Source: an uncultured Spirochaetota bacterium
Lineage (GTDB): Bacteria > Spirochaetota > Brevinematia > Brevinematales > JAOACQ01
Length of the DNA stretch: 64,000 bases
Assembly (NCBI GenBank): GCA_963783575.1
Contig: CAWAOD010000016.1
Location: 1 to 64,000 of the forward strand
Direction: 5' to 3'
Part shown: one piece after another, positions 1-10,432 of the stretch
Position numbering within the stretch: position 1 is the first letter of the stretch
Layout of the letters: each line of letters opens with the position of its first letter
Notes under the pieces: generated by a model
Database searches by the model: none
Told to the model about the DNA's origin: nothing
Seen by the model: only the letters and a program-made list of their open reading frames with translations
Program-made: the position numbers and the translations under genes

Positions 1-1
1 G

Positions 2-1060
2 TCTTCCGTTAATTATATATTCCGTTATGCTCACAATTTAAAAAGCGCTCTCGCAATGGTTCACAGGCAGGGGTCATCAAACCTGATCCATGAAATTGAA
101 AGCAATTTTGATAAAATCCGGAATGGGAAAGCCAGTGCTACACTGGAATTGATAAGAGTGTCTTTTATTGCCATCGACATAATTAAAAAAAATCTTCTGG
201 AAGATGAGGAGGATGCAAAATCCCTGCTTGAATTAACTGAAATTCTGTCAGGTATTTCGTTCAGAAAAACTGATGATACCGGGGAAAAGAAAATATCATC
301 GCTGGATTGGAAATGGAACAGGGAAGAACTTAAGAAAATGTCCGAATATTCATTGAAGAATTATCATTTTTATTTACTGGAAAAATCAATCAGGGCAAAT
401 ATAAGCCTTGAATATTTCCAGAAATTACCGATTTACGAAGATATTGCGAAGATTGGAGAGATTATACGCATTCATCCTGATTATGATTATATTCATAATT
501 TTGCCGATGGAACCCCGAATCAGGAGTTTGTCATCCAGGTTTTATTCGTTTCCCTTCATGAACCGGAACAAATCGGCAGGGTTCTGTACGATCCTTTTTT
601 CAGTATTCTTGATGACAGCGGTATTACAGGTAAAGATACTTTATATAAAGAAAAATTAAGGAAAGTTCTATGTTATACTTATGGGAAATTTGATTTCACT
701 ATTCCCGGCAGGGAATTTGAAATTGAGGCAATTAATTCAAGTGAAAAACTTCATAATATACTTACAGGTGAGGAAATGCCTTTCCAGTTGATAATAATTC
801 AAATCGATAATTTTCAGGAAACAATGAAAATATTAATTGAAATTTCAGAAATCGAAAAGGAAAAAGGATATATTCCCGGAAAATTCATAAAGCGCGCGGT
901 AATACTTTCAGAAGCTACACCGGGGAATATAGCCGATTGCTGCAGAAATTTGTGTGATATCATAATATCTCACGATATCATCATATCTCACGATGATGAA
1001 AAACAGGAACTAACAAATTCCGATAAATTCAATAATGAACTCAACTGGCTGTTTCAATAA
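2..1060 (+). CDS. Hpt (CheA P1-like) domain protein, 5'-truncated by the window edge
   Basis: The frame of ORF 56..1060 is open from base 2 and reads SSVNYIFRYAHNLKSALAMV...IHEIESNFDKIRNG, matching the CheA P1 motif IFRxAHxLK...HxxE. The rest has no kinase boxes. Confidence 0.7.
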   Translation, partial: SSVNYIFRYAHNLKSALAMVHRQGSSNLIHEIESNFDKIRNGKASATLELIRVSFIAIDIIKKNLLEDEEDAKSLLELTEILSGISFRKTDDTGEKKISSLDWKWNREELKKMSEYSLKNYHFYLLEKSIRANISLEYFQKLPIYEDIAKIGEIIRIHPDYDYIHNFADGTPNQEFVIQVLFVSLHEPEQIGRVLYDPFFSILDDSGITGKDTLYKEKLRKVLCYTYGKFDFTIPGREFEIEAINSSEKLHNILTGEEMPFQLIIIQIDNFQETMKILIEISEIEKEKGYIPGKFIKRAVILSEATPGNIADCCRNLCDIIISHDIIISHDDEKQELTNSDKFNNELNWLFQ

Positions 1061-1082
1061 AAATCAAGAAAAGGAGTTCCAG

Positions 1083-1412
1083 ATGAACGCCAAAAAAAGC
1101 AGATTCCCCGAAAAAAAATCAGTTATTATTGAATTCAGCGGAAAAATGGATATGGATTCGATTAATGAAATAAAAAAAGAAATTCTGGATGAATTCATTG
1201 AGAATAAAGAAATTATCATCAATCTGGATAAAGTGACAGACCTTGAACTGCCGGTAATTCAGCTTTTATATTCGGCATATAAAACCGCCGTTAAAAAAAA
1301 GATCGGTTTACTTATTAAATGGAAAAACAATGAAATAGTTAAGAGGAAAATTATTCTGAGCTCCTTTTTTCAGGACGGTTTAAAGCGAAAAGGGGAAATG
1401 AATGATAAATAA
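1083..1412 (+). CDS. STAS domain protein
   Basis: IIINLDKVTDLELPVIQLLYSA is STAS-like. RBS AAGGAG at 1071 favours ATG 1083. Overlaps the cheA start. Confidence 0.75.
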   Translation: MNAKKSRFPEKKSVIIEFSGKMDMDSINEIKKEILDEFIENKEIIINLDKVTDLELPVIQLLYSAYKTAVKKKIGLLIKWKNNEIVKRKIILSSFFQDGLKRKGEMNDK

Positions 1413-3375
1413 GCTGGATTTTAAAAGTTCGGCGTTAGTATTTCTGGATGAATATAATCTCTTTATAAATGCTAATAAAGAAAACAATGCTTCAGGTTTT
1501 ACCGGTGAAAGGCAGATTCTTTTAAAACAGATTGAATTTTGTCATATTCTGAAAAACCTTTCTCACTTTTATCATATTGCTTCAGTTGAAATACTTTCCG
1601 GAGAGATTGAGAATGCACTTAGTAATGTAATAATAAATAATCATATGATTTTAAAGCATCGGGAAACAATAAGTTATGCTTTAACTTATCTTTATAAATT
1701 AATTAGTGAGATCAATGAAAAATCTGAAATTGACATAATCCCGACGATTATACCGGGGATAATGAACAGACTGAAAAAAATCAATACCATGGGTGATAAT
1801 ATTCCCGGCCCGGTTGAAAAAATATATCATAATGAATATAAAATTATCATTAAACCGTCCGAGAAAGTATTTTCCGGTGGGCTCGATCTTATTGCAATTC
1901 TGGACGAACTAAATAAACTCGGCAGTGCAGAGGTCATTCCCATCCTGGATAATGTTCCTGATTTAGATGTTATCGATCCTGAAAAATGTTACATCGGATG
2001 GGATATACAGCTTGAATCGAATGCCGATATTAATGCGGTAAAGGATATACTACTTTTTTTAGAATATGACAAGGAAGGATATCTTAGTATTCAAACAATA
2101 AGAAGCACCGGGGATGAGGCTCAAAAGGACCTCGAATTAAAACTTGATATTGAGAAGGATATTTCTAATGTTAAACCAGGGACTGTATCCGGGATAAATT
2201 CCGCTCCTAAGGATGAATCATTGTCGACTATACGCGTGGCGGCATCAAGACTTGATAAGATTGTCGACCTTGCCGGTGAAATGGTGACGGTCCAATCCAA
2301 AATGGCCAGTATTTCAGTCCAGATCAATAATGGAGAACTGAGCTCAGTCAATGAAGAATTGGAGCGGTTGACCGATGAACTCAGGGAGCAGTCTATGGTT
2401 CTAAGGATGCTTCCTGCTTCTGTTTTATTCAGACGGTTCAACAGGCTTGTCCATGACCTTGCCGGAGAACTGAATAAAAAAATAGAATTATCATTTGAAG
2501 GTGAGGAAACCGAATTAGATAAATCGGTTCTGGAAAAACTGCAGGATCCGATGATGCATTTGATACGCAACAGCATCGACCATGGAATTGAAAATTCCGG
2601 AATCAGAATCAAAGCCGGCAAAACTGAGGCAGGCCATATAATCCTGTCTGCTTTTCAATCCGGTCAGGAAATTATTGTGCAGATAAGGGATGACGGAGCC
2701 GGAATAAACTTTGAAAAAGTCAGGTTGAAAGGTATTGAAAAAGGATTGATCAAAGATTCGGATAATTTAAATGAAAAGCAGTTGTTAAATCTCATTTTCA
2801 CTCCCGGATTTTCCACCGCGGAAAATGTTTCAAACATTTCGGGAAGAGGGGTTGGAATGGATGTTGTAAAAAGCAGTATAGAATCATTACGCGGATCAAT
2901 AGATATTAATACATCAACCGGAAGCGGCACTACGGTGACACTGAAGATTCCCCTGACTCTGGCTATTATCGATGGGTTTATGGTGGAAATCGGGGATGGA
3001 CTTTTTATCATTCCGCTAACTTATGTAGAAGAATGCATTAATTTTAATGAGGAATTGATTGAAAATAAAAACTCGAGGAAGATTATAAATATAAGAGGTG
3101 AAGCGGTTCCTTTCATTATGATGCCCGAATTTTTTGAAATCAGTGATAAAAAATCGGTTAATAAAATGGTTATTGTAAGAAATGGAAATGACGGAAAAGT
3201 GGGCCTTGCTGTGAACAGGCTAATCGGCCAGCATCAAACCGTGATCAAACCGCTTGGCAGTCTTTATAAAGATCGCAGTGAGATTTCGGGAGCAACCATC
3301 CTCGGCGACGGCACTGTCGCTTTGATACTTGATCCGGTGAAAATCATTAACAGCACTCTTGAGGAAAAAATTTAA
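1402..3375 (+). CDS. cheA: Chemotaxis histidine kinase CheA with a divergent P1
   Basis: TIRVAASRLDKIVDLAGEMV, HLIRNSIDHGIE, DDGAG, FTPGFSTA, SGRGVGMDVV, C-terminal CheW domain (ISGATILGDG). Confidence 0.95.
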   Translation: MINKLDFKSSALVFLDEYNLFINANKENNASGFTGERQILLKQIEFCHILKNLSHFYHIASVEILSGEIENALSNVIINNHMILKHRETISYALTYLYKLISEINEKSEIDIIPTIIPGIMNRLKKINTMGDNIPGPVEKIYHNEYKIIIKPSEKVFSGGLDLIAILDELNKLGSAEVIPILDNVPDLDVIDPEKCYIGWDIQLESNADINAVKDILLFLEYDKEGYLSIQTIRSTGDEAQKDLELKLDIEKDISNVKPGTVSGINSAPKDESLSTIRVAASRLDKIVDLAGEMVTVQSKMASISVQINNGELSSVNEELERLTDELREQSMVLRMLPASVLFRRFNRLVHDLAGELNKKIELSFEGEETELDKSVLEKLQDPMMHLIRNSIDHGIENSGIRIKAGKTEAGHIILSAFQSGQEIIVQIRDDGAGINFEKVRLKGIEKGLIKDSDNLNEKQLLNLIFTPGFSTAENVSNISGRGVGMDVVKSSIESLRGSIDINTSTGSGTTVTLKIPLTLAIIDGFMVEIGDGLFIIPLTYVEECINFNEELIENKNSRKIINIRGEAVPFIMMPEFFEISDKKSVNKMVIVRNGNDGKVGLAVNRLIGQHQTVIKPLGSLYKDRSEISGATILGDGTVALILDPVKIINSTLEEKI

Positions 3376-3411
3376 CGGATTAAATATTATTCAGATAATC
3401 GGAGGTATAAT

Positions 3412-5259
3412 ATGAAGATACAAAACAAGATTTTAACCGTTATCATTTCATTACTGCTGGGTTTAACAGTGGTAATTCTTTCCATTATAATTCCACGGGT
3501 AAATTCTCAGCTTTATAATGATAAAAAGGAGAATACCAAATCTCTTGTTGAAACGGTATACAATCTATTGGATGATATGCAGAATAAAGTCGATAGAAAT
3601 GAAATTTCGCTTGCCGAAGCGCAATCTAACATTAAAAGTCAAATCAGGATTCTTCGGTACAACGGCAATAATTATTTCTGGATTAACGATATGGACCTGA
3701 GAATGATAATGCATCCAAATTATTCGCAGGAAAAAAATCCGGAATGGTTTGAAAAGGGCGGCCTTGAAAATTATATGGACCCGAACGGCAAAAAAATATT
3801 CGTTGAGGTTGTTAAAACCTGTCAGGCAAACGGAGAGGGTTTTGTAGATTATATGTGGCCTAAACCGGGCGAAACAATTCCATCCCCAAAAATATCTTTT
3901 GTAAAATTATTCAGGCCATGGGGATGGATTATCGGAACGGGCGTTTATATTGATGATATAAATAAAGAAATCAAATCCATTTTTATTATAATACTGATAG
4001 TATCAGTTCTTATATTTATTATTGCGGCGGCTATAGGGGTTTTGTTTTCAAAATTCATTTCAGATAACCTTATAAAGGTAGTGAATCAGGCCAATAAAAT
4101 AGCTATGGGCGATACTGATATTGAGAAAATTCAGCTAAAGTCAAAAGATGAAATCGGTATGCTGTTTAACGCATTCGGCAAATTACTGGATTATTTCAAG
4201 TATAAGGCATTTATTCTTGATAAAATCAGCAGCGGAGAATTATCGGTATCTATCGACCTTGCTTCCGATAGGGATTTTTTGGGAAATTCTCTTATAAAAA
4301 TGAGGGATTCCATCAGGAAGACCATGGAACAGGTAATAATTTCCATAAAGAATATATCAACAGCAGTTTCACAGATCAGCACATCCAGCCAGAAAATATC
4401 TCAGGGCGCAAACGAACAGGCGGCTTCGGTAGAAGAAATTTCTTCGTCAATGGAACAAATGGCAGCCAATATCAAGCAAAATTCCGATAACGCGCTTCAG
4501 ACTGAAAAAATAGCCGTAAAATCTTCTGATGATGCAAAAGCAAGCGGCACGGCTGTCCGTGATACCGTTTCGGCCATGAAAGAAATAGCCGCAAAGATTT
4601 CAATTATCCAGGATATTGCCGGGCAGACCAACCTCCTTGCATTAAATGCGGCTATTGAAGCCGCCCGCGCCGGGGAACAGGGGCGCGGATTTGCGGTAGT
4701 GGCTTCTGAAGTCAGAAAACTGGCGGAACGAAGCCAGCAGTCGGCGGGTGAAATAACAAAATTATCCGCATCCAGTCTGAACGTTTCGGATGAAGCCGGA
4801 CAAATGCTGCAAAAGCTGGTTCCGGATATTCAGAAAACCGCCGAACTGGTTCAGGAAATTGCATCGGCTTCAAATGAGCAGAATTCAGGTTCGAAACAGA
4901 TCAATGCAGCTTTGCAGCAGTTAAACCAGGTTGTTCAAGCGAACGCGGCTTCATCCGAGGAACTCGCTTCCGTTGCCGAGGAATCACAGGGCCAGGTTGA
5001 GCTTCTTTCCGAAACAATATCCTTCTTTAAGATCGATTCAAACAACATAAAGTCTTTAAACGCCGATAACATCCATAAAAGAGCGATACCGGTAGAAAAC
5101 GGCAGGCGTTATATTAAAAAACCGCCGGATACTCAAATCGCTTTAAGCCGTCACGACAACCCGCCGATGGCTGAATACAAAGGAAAGGGTATAAAAATTG
5201 ATCTGGAAGATCATCCGGCCGCGGCGGACAGTGAAGATAAAAATTTTATAGAGTATTAA
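3412..5259 (+). CDS. Methyl-accepting chemotaxis protein (sCache_2, HAMP, signalling domain)
   Basis: Two TM segments; [13 protein letters not shown]...YMWPKPG...[38 protein letters not shown]-terminal NFIEY pentapeptide. Confidence 0.95.
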   Translation: MKIQNKILTVIISLLLGLTVVILSIIIPRVNSQLYNDKKENTKSLVETVYNLLDDMQNKVDRNEISLAEAQSNIKSQIRILRYNGNNYFWINDMDLRMIMHPNYSQEKNPEWFEKGGLENYMDPNGKKIFVEVVKTCQANGEGFVDYMWPKPGETIPSPKISFVKLFRPWGWIIGTGVYIDDINKEIKSIFIIILIVSVLIFIIAAAIGVLFSKFISDNLIKVVNQANKIAMGDTDIEKIQLKSKDEIGMLFNAFGKLLDYFKYKAFILDKISSGELSVSIDLASDRDFLGNSLIKMRDSIRKTMEQVIISIKNISTAVSQISTSSQKISQGANEQAASVEEISSSMEQMAANIKQNSDNALQTEKIAVKSSDDAKASGTAVRDTVSAMKEIAAKISIIQDIAGQTNLLALNAAIEAARAGEQGRGFAVVASEVRKLAERSQQSAGEITKLSASSLNVSDEAGQMLQKLVPDIQKTAELVQEIASASNEQNSGSKQINAALQQLNQVVQANAASSEELASVAEESQGQVELLSETISFFKIDSNNIKSLNADNIHKRAIPVENGRRYIKKPPDTQIALSRHDNPPMAEYKGKGIKIDLEDHPAAADSEDKNFIEY

Positions 5260-5297
5260 ACAGCGTCAAATTTGATGATGCCAAACAAGGAGAAAAT

Positions 5298-5804
5298 ATG
5301 GAAGATAAGATAATTCATAAAGCATTGCCTTACCTGACTTTCCGCCTTGGCGATGAATCGTATGCGATTGAGATTGAAAAGTCCCGGGAGGTGTTAAACT
5401 ATACTAAAATCACGCGCATTCCTAAAACACCGGAATATATGCTGGGAGTTATTAATCTTCGCGGAGGGGTTGTACCGGTTGTTGACCTGAAAATGAAATT
5501 TGGAATGGAAAAAATAATGGAACCCGCAAAATCTAAAATCATTATCCTTGAGCTGCTGTTGAATAAAGAAACTCTGCTGATCGGCGCTCTTGTTGATTCC
5601 GTACAGGAGGTCCTTGAGCTGGAAAACAATCATATTGAAAGCGCCCCGAAACTGGGGATGAATATGAACACCGAATTTATTAAAGGAATAGGCAAAAAAG
5701 GCGAAGAGTTTTTGATCATACTGGATATTGATAAGATATTCTCAGTTTCGGAATTGACCCTGGTTTCCGGGCTTAAAAAATCAGATGCCCCGGAGCCGGT
5801 TTAA
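5298..5804 (+). CDS. cheW: Chemotaxis coupling protein CheW
   Basis: YLTFRLGDESYAI, GVINLRGGVVPVVDL, GALVDSVQEV. Confidence 0.95.
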   Translation: MEDKIIHKALPYLTFRLGDESYAIEIEKSREVLNYTKITRIPKTPEYMLGVINLRGGVVPVVDLKMKFGMEKIMEPAKSKIIILELLLNKETLLIGALVDSVQEVLELENNHIESAPKLGMNMNTEFIKGIGKKGEEFLIILDIDKIFSVSELTLVSGLKKSDAPEPV

Positions 5805-5829
5805 AATAAGTATCCCAAAAGGGGAAAAT

Positions 5830-6711
5830 ATGTGCGATTTTGATCTTGAGTCATCAATAAGAACAATGGATGACAGAAGTTTTAAAAGGATCAGCGCCAT
5901 TATTGAAAGGAATTACGGCATTAAAATGCCCCCTGAAAAAAAAACTCTACTTGAGTTCCGCCTTAATAAGCGGCTGAATGCTCTTAATATAAAAACTTTT
6001 GACGAATATTTCCGCTACCTTTTTCAAAATGGCGGCTTAAAGGATGAGATTGTCGATCTGATAAATGTTGTTTCTACAAACAAGACGGAATTCTTCAGGG
6101 AGGCAGTTCATTTCCGCTGCTTTACCGAATCGGCGCTTCCTGAAATATTATCGGGTTATACCCCGCAGTACCGCAAAAAGATATTTATATGGAGCACCGC
6201 TTGTTCAAGCGGCGAAGAACCTTATTCTCTGGCTATGGCTGCAGAGGATTTCAGGGAAAAAAACAGGAAAGCCTTCCCCTGGTTTGATTATATTATTCTT
6301 GGAACAGATATTTCAACATCTATGCTGAAAATTGCAAGACATGGGGTGTATAACAGCCAATCAATTGAAACCATACCGTTTGATTTAAGATGTAAATATC
6401 TTTTAAGAAGCAGGGAATCATCGAAAAATTTATTCAGAATAATACCGGAACTTAGAAGCAAAGTAAGGTTTTACAGGCTTAATTTAATGGATGAAAATTA
6501 TAGTATTGATAATATGTTCGATGTGATTTTCTGCAGGAATGTTATGATCTATTTCAGGAAGGAAACTCAGGAAGAACTTATCGGTAAACTTGCGAAACTG
6601 CTTAATCCCTACGGCTATCTTTTTATCGGGCATTCCGAAACAATAATCAATATGGAAGCCCCTTTCATTATGACAGCGCCGACAGTCTACAGGAGACAAG
6701 ATGGCCTCTAA
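5830..6711 (+). CDS. cheR: Chemotaxis methyltransferase CheR
   Basis: TNKTEFFRE, IWSTACSSGEEPYSLA, FDVIFCRNVMIYF, LFIGHSE. ATG 5830 follows a purine-rich RBS. Confidence 0.95.
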   Translation: MCDFDLESSIRTMDDRSFKRISAIIERNYGIKMPPEKKTLLEFRLNKRLNALNIKTFDEYFRYLFQNGGLKDEIVDLINVVSTNKTEFFREAVHFRCFTESALPEILSGYTPQYRKKIFIWSTACSSGEEPYSLAMAAEDFREKNRKAFPWFDYIILGTDISTSMLKIARHGVYNSQSIETIPFDLRCKYLLRSRESSKNLFRIIPELRSKVRFYRLNLMDENYSIDNMFDVIFCRNVMIYFRKETQEELIGKLAKLLNPYGYLFIGHSETIINMEAPFIMTAPTVYRRQDGL

Positions 6712-7177
6712 AACTGAAAATAAGACAATTTACCTGAACCAGGGAGAATTGTACTATTCCGATAAACCGGCCATTGTAAGAACTTTGCTGGGATCCTGCG
6801 TCAGTGTGACTTTTTACAATAAAAGAACTCATTATGCCGGGATTATTCATGCAATGTACCCGGAATATAAACCCGAATCGGATGAAAATCCCTTATTATA
6901 CGTGGATTATGCCATTCGCCGGCTGATTGAAAATTTTTCCGAAAAAGATATTAATCCTGAGGAGATTGAAGTCAAATTATTCGGCGGCGGTGATGTAATC
7001 AAAATAAAGCGGGAAAATCATAGCATAGGTTATAAAAATGTTCTTTCCGCATTAAACACATTGAAAGAATTTAATCTTGCAATAACCTCTGTAGATGTTA
7101 GAAATGACTTTGGCCGGCTTCTCTATTTTCATACAGATTCAGGAAAAATTTATCTTAAGAAGATTCAATCCTCTTAA
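6701..7177 (+). CDS. cheD: Chemoreceptor glutamine deamidase CheD
   Basis: TLLGSCVSV, GIIHAMYP, VKLFGGG. Confidence 0.9.
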   Translation: MASKTENKTIYLNQGELYYSDKPAIVRTLLGSCVSVTFYNKRTHYAGIIHAMYPEYKPESDENPLLYVDYAIRRLIENFSEKDINPEEIEVKLFGGGDVIKIKRENHSIGYKNVLSALNTLKEFNLAITSVDVRNDFGRLLYFHTDSGKIYLKKIQSS

Positions 7178-7202
7178 AAGTAAAGAATAAACAGGGAATA
7201 AA

Positions 7203-8276
7203 ATGAATAAAATTAAAGTATTGATTGTTGATGATTCGGCGATAGTCAGGCAGAAATTGACAGAGATCCTTTCAAGCGATCATGAAATCGAGGTTATGGG
7301 TTCTGCTCCAAACCCGTATATTGCCGTTCAAAAAATGGAACTGGAAGCCCCGGATGTTATCATGCTTGATTTGGAAATGCCTAAAATGGACGGGCTGACT
7401 TTTTTGCAGAAAATAATGGAACAGCACCCGCTGCCGGTTGTAGTATGTTCGAGTATGGCTGATAAGAATTCCGACAATTACCTCCGTGCGCTCCAGCTTG
7501 GTGCAATTGATGTGATCCATAAGCCTAAACTTGGAACAAAGCTGTTCCTTGAGGAGGCAAGAATGGTAATTTGCGATACCATAAAAGCAGCCTATCATTC
7601 AAAAATACCCGCTAAAATTGTTCTTCCGCCGATAAAAGTGGATCCGAAACTTTCAGCGGACGCAGTGCTTCAAAAAGCCAGGAATTACTCAAGCCTGGAA
7701 ACGACAGATAAAATCATTGCAATAGGCGCTTCTACCGGAGGAACCGAGGCTCTGCGTATAATTTTAACCCGTATGCCCGTTAATTGCCCCGGCATTGTTG
7801 TTGTTCAGCATATGCCTGAAGTTTTCACCAGGTCTTTCGCGGATAGTATGAACCAGATATGCCGTATTACGGTTAAAGAAGCTGAAACAAATGACACTAT
7901 CCTGTGCGGACAGGCCCTTATCGCGCCCGGTAATTTTCATTTGATTGTTAAACGGAGCGGCGCCAGGTATTATGCCGACATAAAGGACGGGCCCCTTGTT
8001 AACCGGCACAGGCCTTCAGTTGACGTACTTTTCAGGTCTGTCGCGCGCTATGCCGGACCGAATGCAATCGGAGTAATTATGACAGGTATGGGTGATGACG
8101 GCGCCAGGGGGCTTCTGGAAATGAAAGAGGCCGGGGCTTACACCTTCGCCCAGGATGAAAAATCAAGCGTTGTTTTCGGCATGCCGAAGGTTGCTATTCA
8201 GCTGGGAGCGGTTAATAAAGTCTCACCGCTTGAACTTCTACCGGCAGAAATCCTCCTGGCAGCAACAAGACTTTAG
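7203..8276 (+). CDS. cheB: Chemotaxis methylesterase CheB
   Basis: N-terminal receiver domain; [27 protein letters not shown]. Confidence 0.97.
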   Translation: MNKIKVLIVDDSAIVRQKLTEILSSDHEIEVMGSAPNPYIAVQKMELEAPDVIMLDLEMPKMDGLTFLQKIMEQHPLPVVVCSSMADKNSDNYLRALQLGAIDVIHKPKLGTKLFLEEARMVICDTIKAAYHSKIPAKIVLPPIKVDPKLSADAVLQKARNYSSLETTDKIIAIGASTGGTEALRIILTRMPVNCPGIVVVQHMPEVFTRSFADSMNQICRITVKEAETNDTILCGQALIAPGNFHLIVKRSGARYYADIKDGPLVNRHRPSVDVLFRSVARYAGPNAIGVIMTGMGDDGARGLLEMKEAGAYTFAQDEKSSVVFGMPKVAIQLGAVNKVSPLELLPAEILLAATRL

Positions 8277-8279
8277 CGA

Positions 8280-8765
8280 TCAGGAAAACTTTTCAAGGTC
8301 TTTCCTCAGTATTTCTATCTTTGACATAATCGATTTAATTTCCCTGTTTTCTTTATCAATTGTTTCCAGGATTATTTTCTTCTGTTCAAGGTTCATCAAA
8401 ACCTGAATTGACTTTTCATACTGCCTAATCTTTTCTTCCAGTTCATAAATCTGTCTGAGTATTGTGAGCTTGGATTCTTCGGTAAGCCTTTCCGACGAGC
8501 CTTTTTTATCTATAGCAAGAATGGCTACCTTTGCAGTTTCCTTTACATAAGATGGGAGATCATTATCTTCCGATAGATTACGATAGTATTCAATAAGTAT
8601 CTTATCATGCTGTTCATCGGTTATAAATCCCTTCCTGAGAAGAATATTCCCGAGGGTTTCGGTATAAACGGAATTTTTCTTGCTTTCTTCCTGTTCTTTA
8701 ATCACAGTATCCAGCTGCATTTCATTAATGAAACCAAGCCTCAATACCACCTCACCGATCTTCAT
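8280..8765 (-). CDS. Small protein with an N-terminal MshEN-like tandem motif and a coiled coil
   Basis: KIGEVVLRLGFINEMQLDTVIKEQ and TLGNILLRKGFITDEQHDKIL resemble the two MshEN motifs RLGxxLxxxGxIxxxxLxxxLxxQ. Confidence 0.65.
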   Translation of the reverse strand: MKIGEVVLRLGFINEMQLDTVIKEQEESKKNSVYTETLGNILLRKGFITDEQHDKILIEYYRNLSEDNDLPSYVKETAKVAILAIDKKGSSERLTEESKLTILRQIYELEEKIRQYEKSIQVLMNLEQKKIILETIDKENREIKSIMSKIEILRKDLEKFS

Positions 8766-9034
8766 AACAGCCTCCCATTATTAAAAAAGATTTTCATAAA
8801 TATATGGATACTTCTTAAATGAGAATTTTGAATCGACCATATTTTATTTCAAATCATACAATTAAGCAAAAAAAAGGTTTATCAATCAATTTTAATCGGT
8901 TCTATAATAACCGGCTATCTGCAGGGATTTCTATAATTACAGTTTCATATATATTTGTAACGATATATTATAATATTATATAAATATTAAGTGGTGATAG
9001 TCTCTGGTTTTATTATAACAATTAATAATTAAAA

Positions 9035-9424
9035 ATGGAGATTGGGATGACGGAACAAGTAAGCTGGTGGATTGAAGCAGGAAAAAGGGATGAGGAAATG
9101 GCCAGAATCCTGCTGGAAAACGATTATCTCGAAGGAGCGTCTTTCCATATCCAGCAAAGCGCCGTTAAGTATTTGAAAGCTCTGGAAATAAAAGAAGAAT
9201 TGCATTCAAATTCCCTGATGTGTGTCAAAATTCTTGACACATTGTCTATTAAGGATTTGCCTGTTGACGATGCCTTCAGCTTCGCGAGAAAACTGGATTT
9301 ATACTATACAGATTCAAGATACCCCATCAATGGTCCTCTCAGTAAATGCTTCGATGAATCAATGGTTGTTGAATTATTTGTTTGCCTGGAAAGGATCCAA
9401 TCTTTTGTAAACAAATATTTTTGA
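9035..9424 (+). CDS. HEPN domain protein (orphan)
   Basis: W...A.RD...A..LL; FHIQQSAVKYLKA; LDLYYTDSRYP, as in MNT-associated HEPN proteins. Confidence 0.8.
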   Translation: MEIGMTEQVSWWIEAGKRDEEMARILLENDYLEGASFHIQQSAVKYLKALEIKEELHSNSLMCVKILDTLSIKDLPVDDAFSFARKLDLYYTDSRYPINGPLSKCFDESMVVELFVCLERIQSFVNKYF

Positions 9425-9432
9425 CTTTTGCC

Positions 9433-9632
9433 GTAGAGCCGTGCGACATCGTGTCGCTGCTGAATTAGCGTTCAGCGGCTTGTGGAATTAAAGGGTGGAT
9501 ATCATGGAGCTTCCGTGCTCCCAAGGTTACTGGGCTGCCGAACTGGTGTTCGGCTATATTATAAACAAATAGTAGCTTTCATGGAACATCCGTGTTCCCA
9601 TGGTTACTTGGACTGCCGAACTAGAGTTCGTC
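9433..9632. repeat. Three degenerate copies of a two-hairpin REP-like element
   Basis: Copies near 9433-9480, 9502-9554 and 9579-9632. Hairpin 1: GCGAC/GTCGC, GGAGC/GCTCC, GGAAC/GTTCC. Hairpin 2: GCTGAA/TTCAGC, GCCGAAC/GTTCGGC, GCCGAAC/GTTCGTC. Confidence 0.7.
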
Positions 9633-9725
9633 ATTATGTATTATAAAAGAAGGGCCGCCTCAGAAAATTCCTTTGCGGAGATTAAGCGTTTTCAAATAAT
9701 CGTCTTTATCGGTAAAAAAAGTTCC

Positions 9726-10103
9726 TTATGGACGAAACCCTGCCATGATGAAAGCACAGATATCGGATAAAACCATCAAGATTGCCGAAAATAGGTGAAT
9801 CTTTGGAAATACCATTCCAGCTTTCTTGGAAACCAACATCAGGATTCCGGTAACCAGTTGGGTCAAAATCGCCAAATCCATTACGGCAACTGGGATCCAA
9901 ATTCCCTTCGTTGCACTGCTCATTGTGAGAATCCCGTAGGAAATGAAGGCTAATCCTACGGTCAACCATGCAAATAAAAACAGGTGAATTACCAGTTTCA
10001 CTTTTCCGTAAGGTATTCCAGCCCTGTCAAGAAGAATTCCGAAGATCCCGGCTGTTAACATCAGAATTCCTGCTACCAGGAACGGTAACTGTGTAGTATT
10101 CAT
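9726..10103 (-). CDS. Hypothetical 4-TM membrane protein
   Basis: Four hydrophobic segments; AGGAGG RBS before ATG 10103. Confidence 0.7.
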   Translation of the reverse strand: MNTTQLPFLVAGILMLTAGIFGILLDRAGIPYGKVKLVIHLFLFAWLTVGLAFISYGILTMSSATKGIWIPVAVMDLAILTQLVTGILMLVSKKAGMVFPKIHLFSAILMVLSDICAFIMAGFRP

Positions 10104-10275
10104 AAAATATTCCTCCTGACTCAAACTTCTTAAATTCAAATTTAATAACCCCATTCTAAGATGTCAAGTGAAAATTACTTCACATTTACCTTAAGTTCGT
10201 CATCCCATTTCACCGATTATTTCGCCTTTATAATTTTGATAAATTGTTTTCCCAACTAATTCCCCCTGCCTCTAA

Positions 10276-10304
10276 TTGACAAAACATCCGCAAATTACTA
10301 TTAT
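10276..10304 (+). promoter_or_regulatory. Sigma70-type promoter
   Basis: TTGACA-N17-TATTAT upstream of the 10433 gene. Confidence 0.6.
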
Positions 10305-10432
10305 TGTTAGATAATATCATCAAGAAAAATTATAGCCGCTATATAAAAAAATGAGATAATCACAGTGAGGAATCAAAAAGGATCAAGCGGTACGTTTGTT
10401 ATAATCACAAGTTTTTTTTCAGAGGAGTTACA

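Noticed and set aside
9433..9480. Branched fold as a tRNA
   Set aside because: Too short, and lacks a T-loop (TTCRA), anticodon arm and CCA end.
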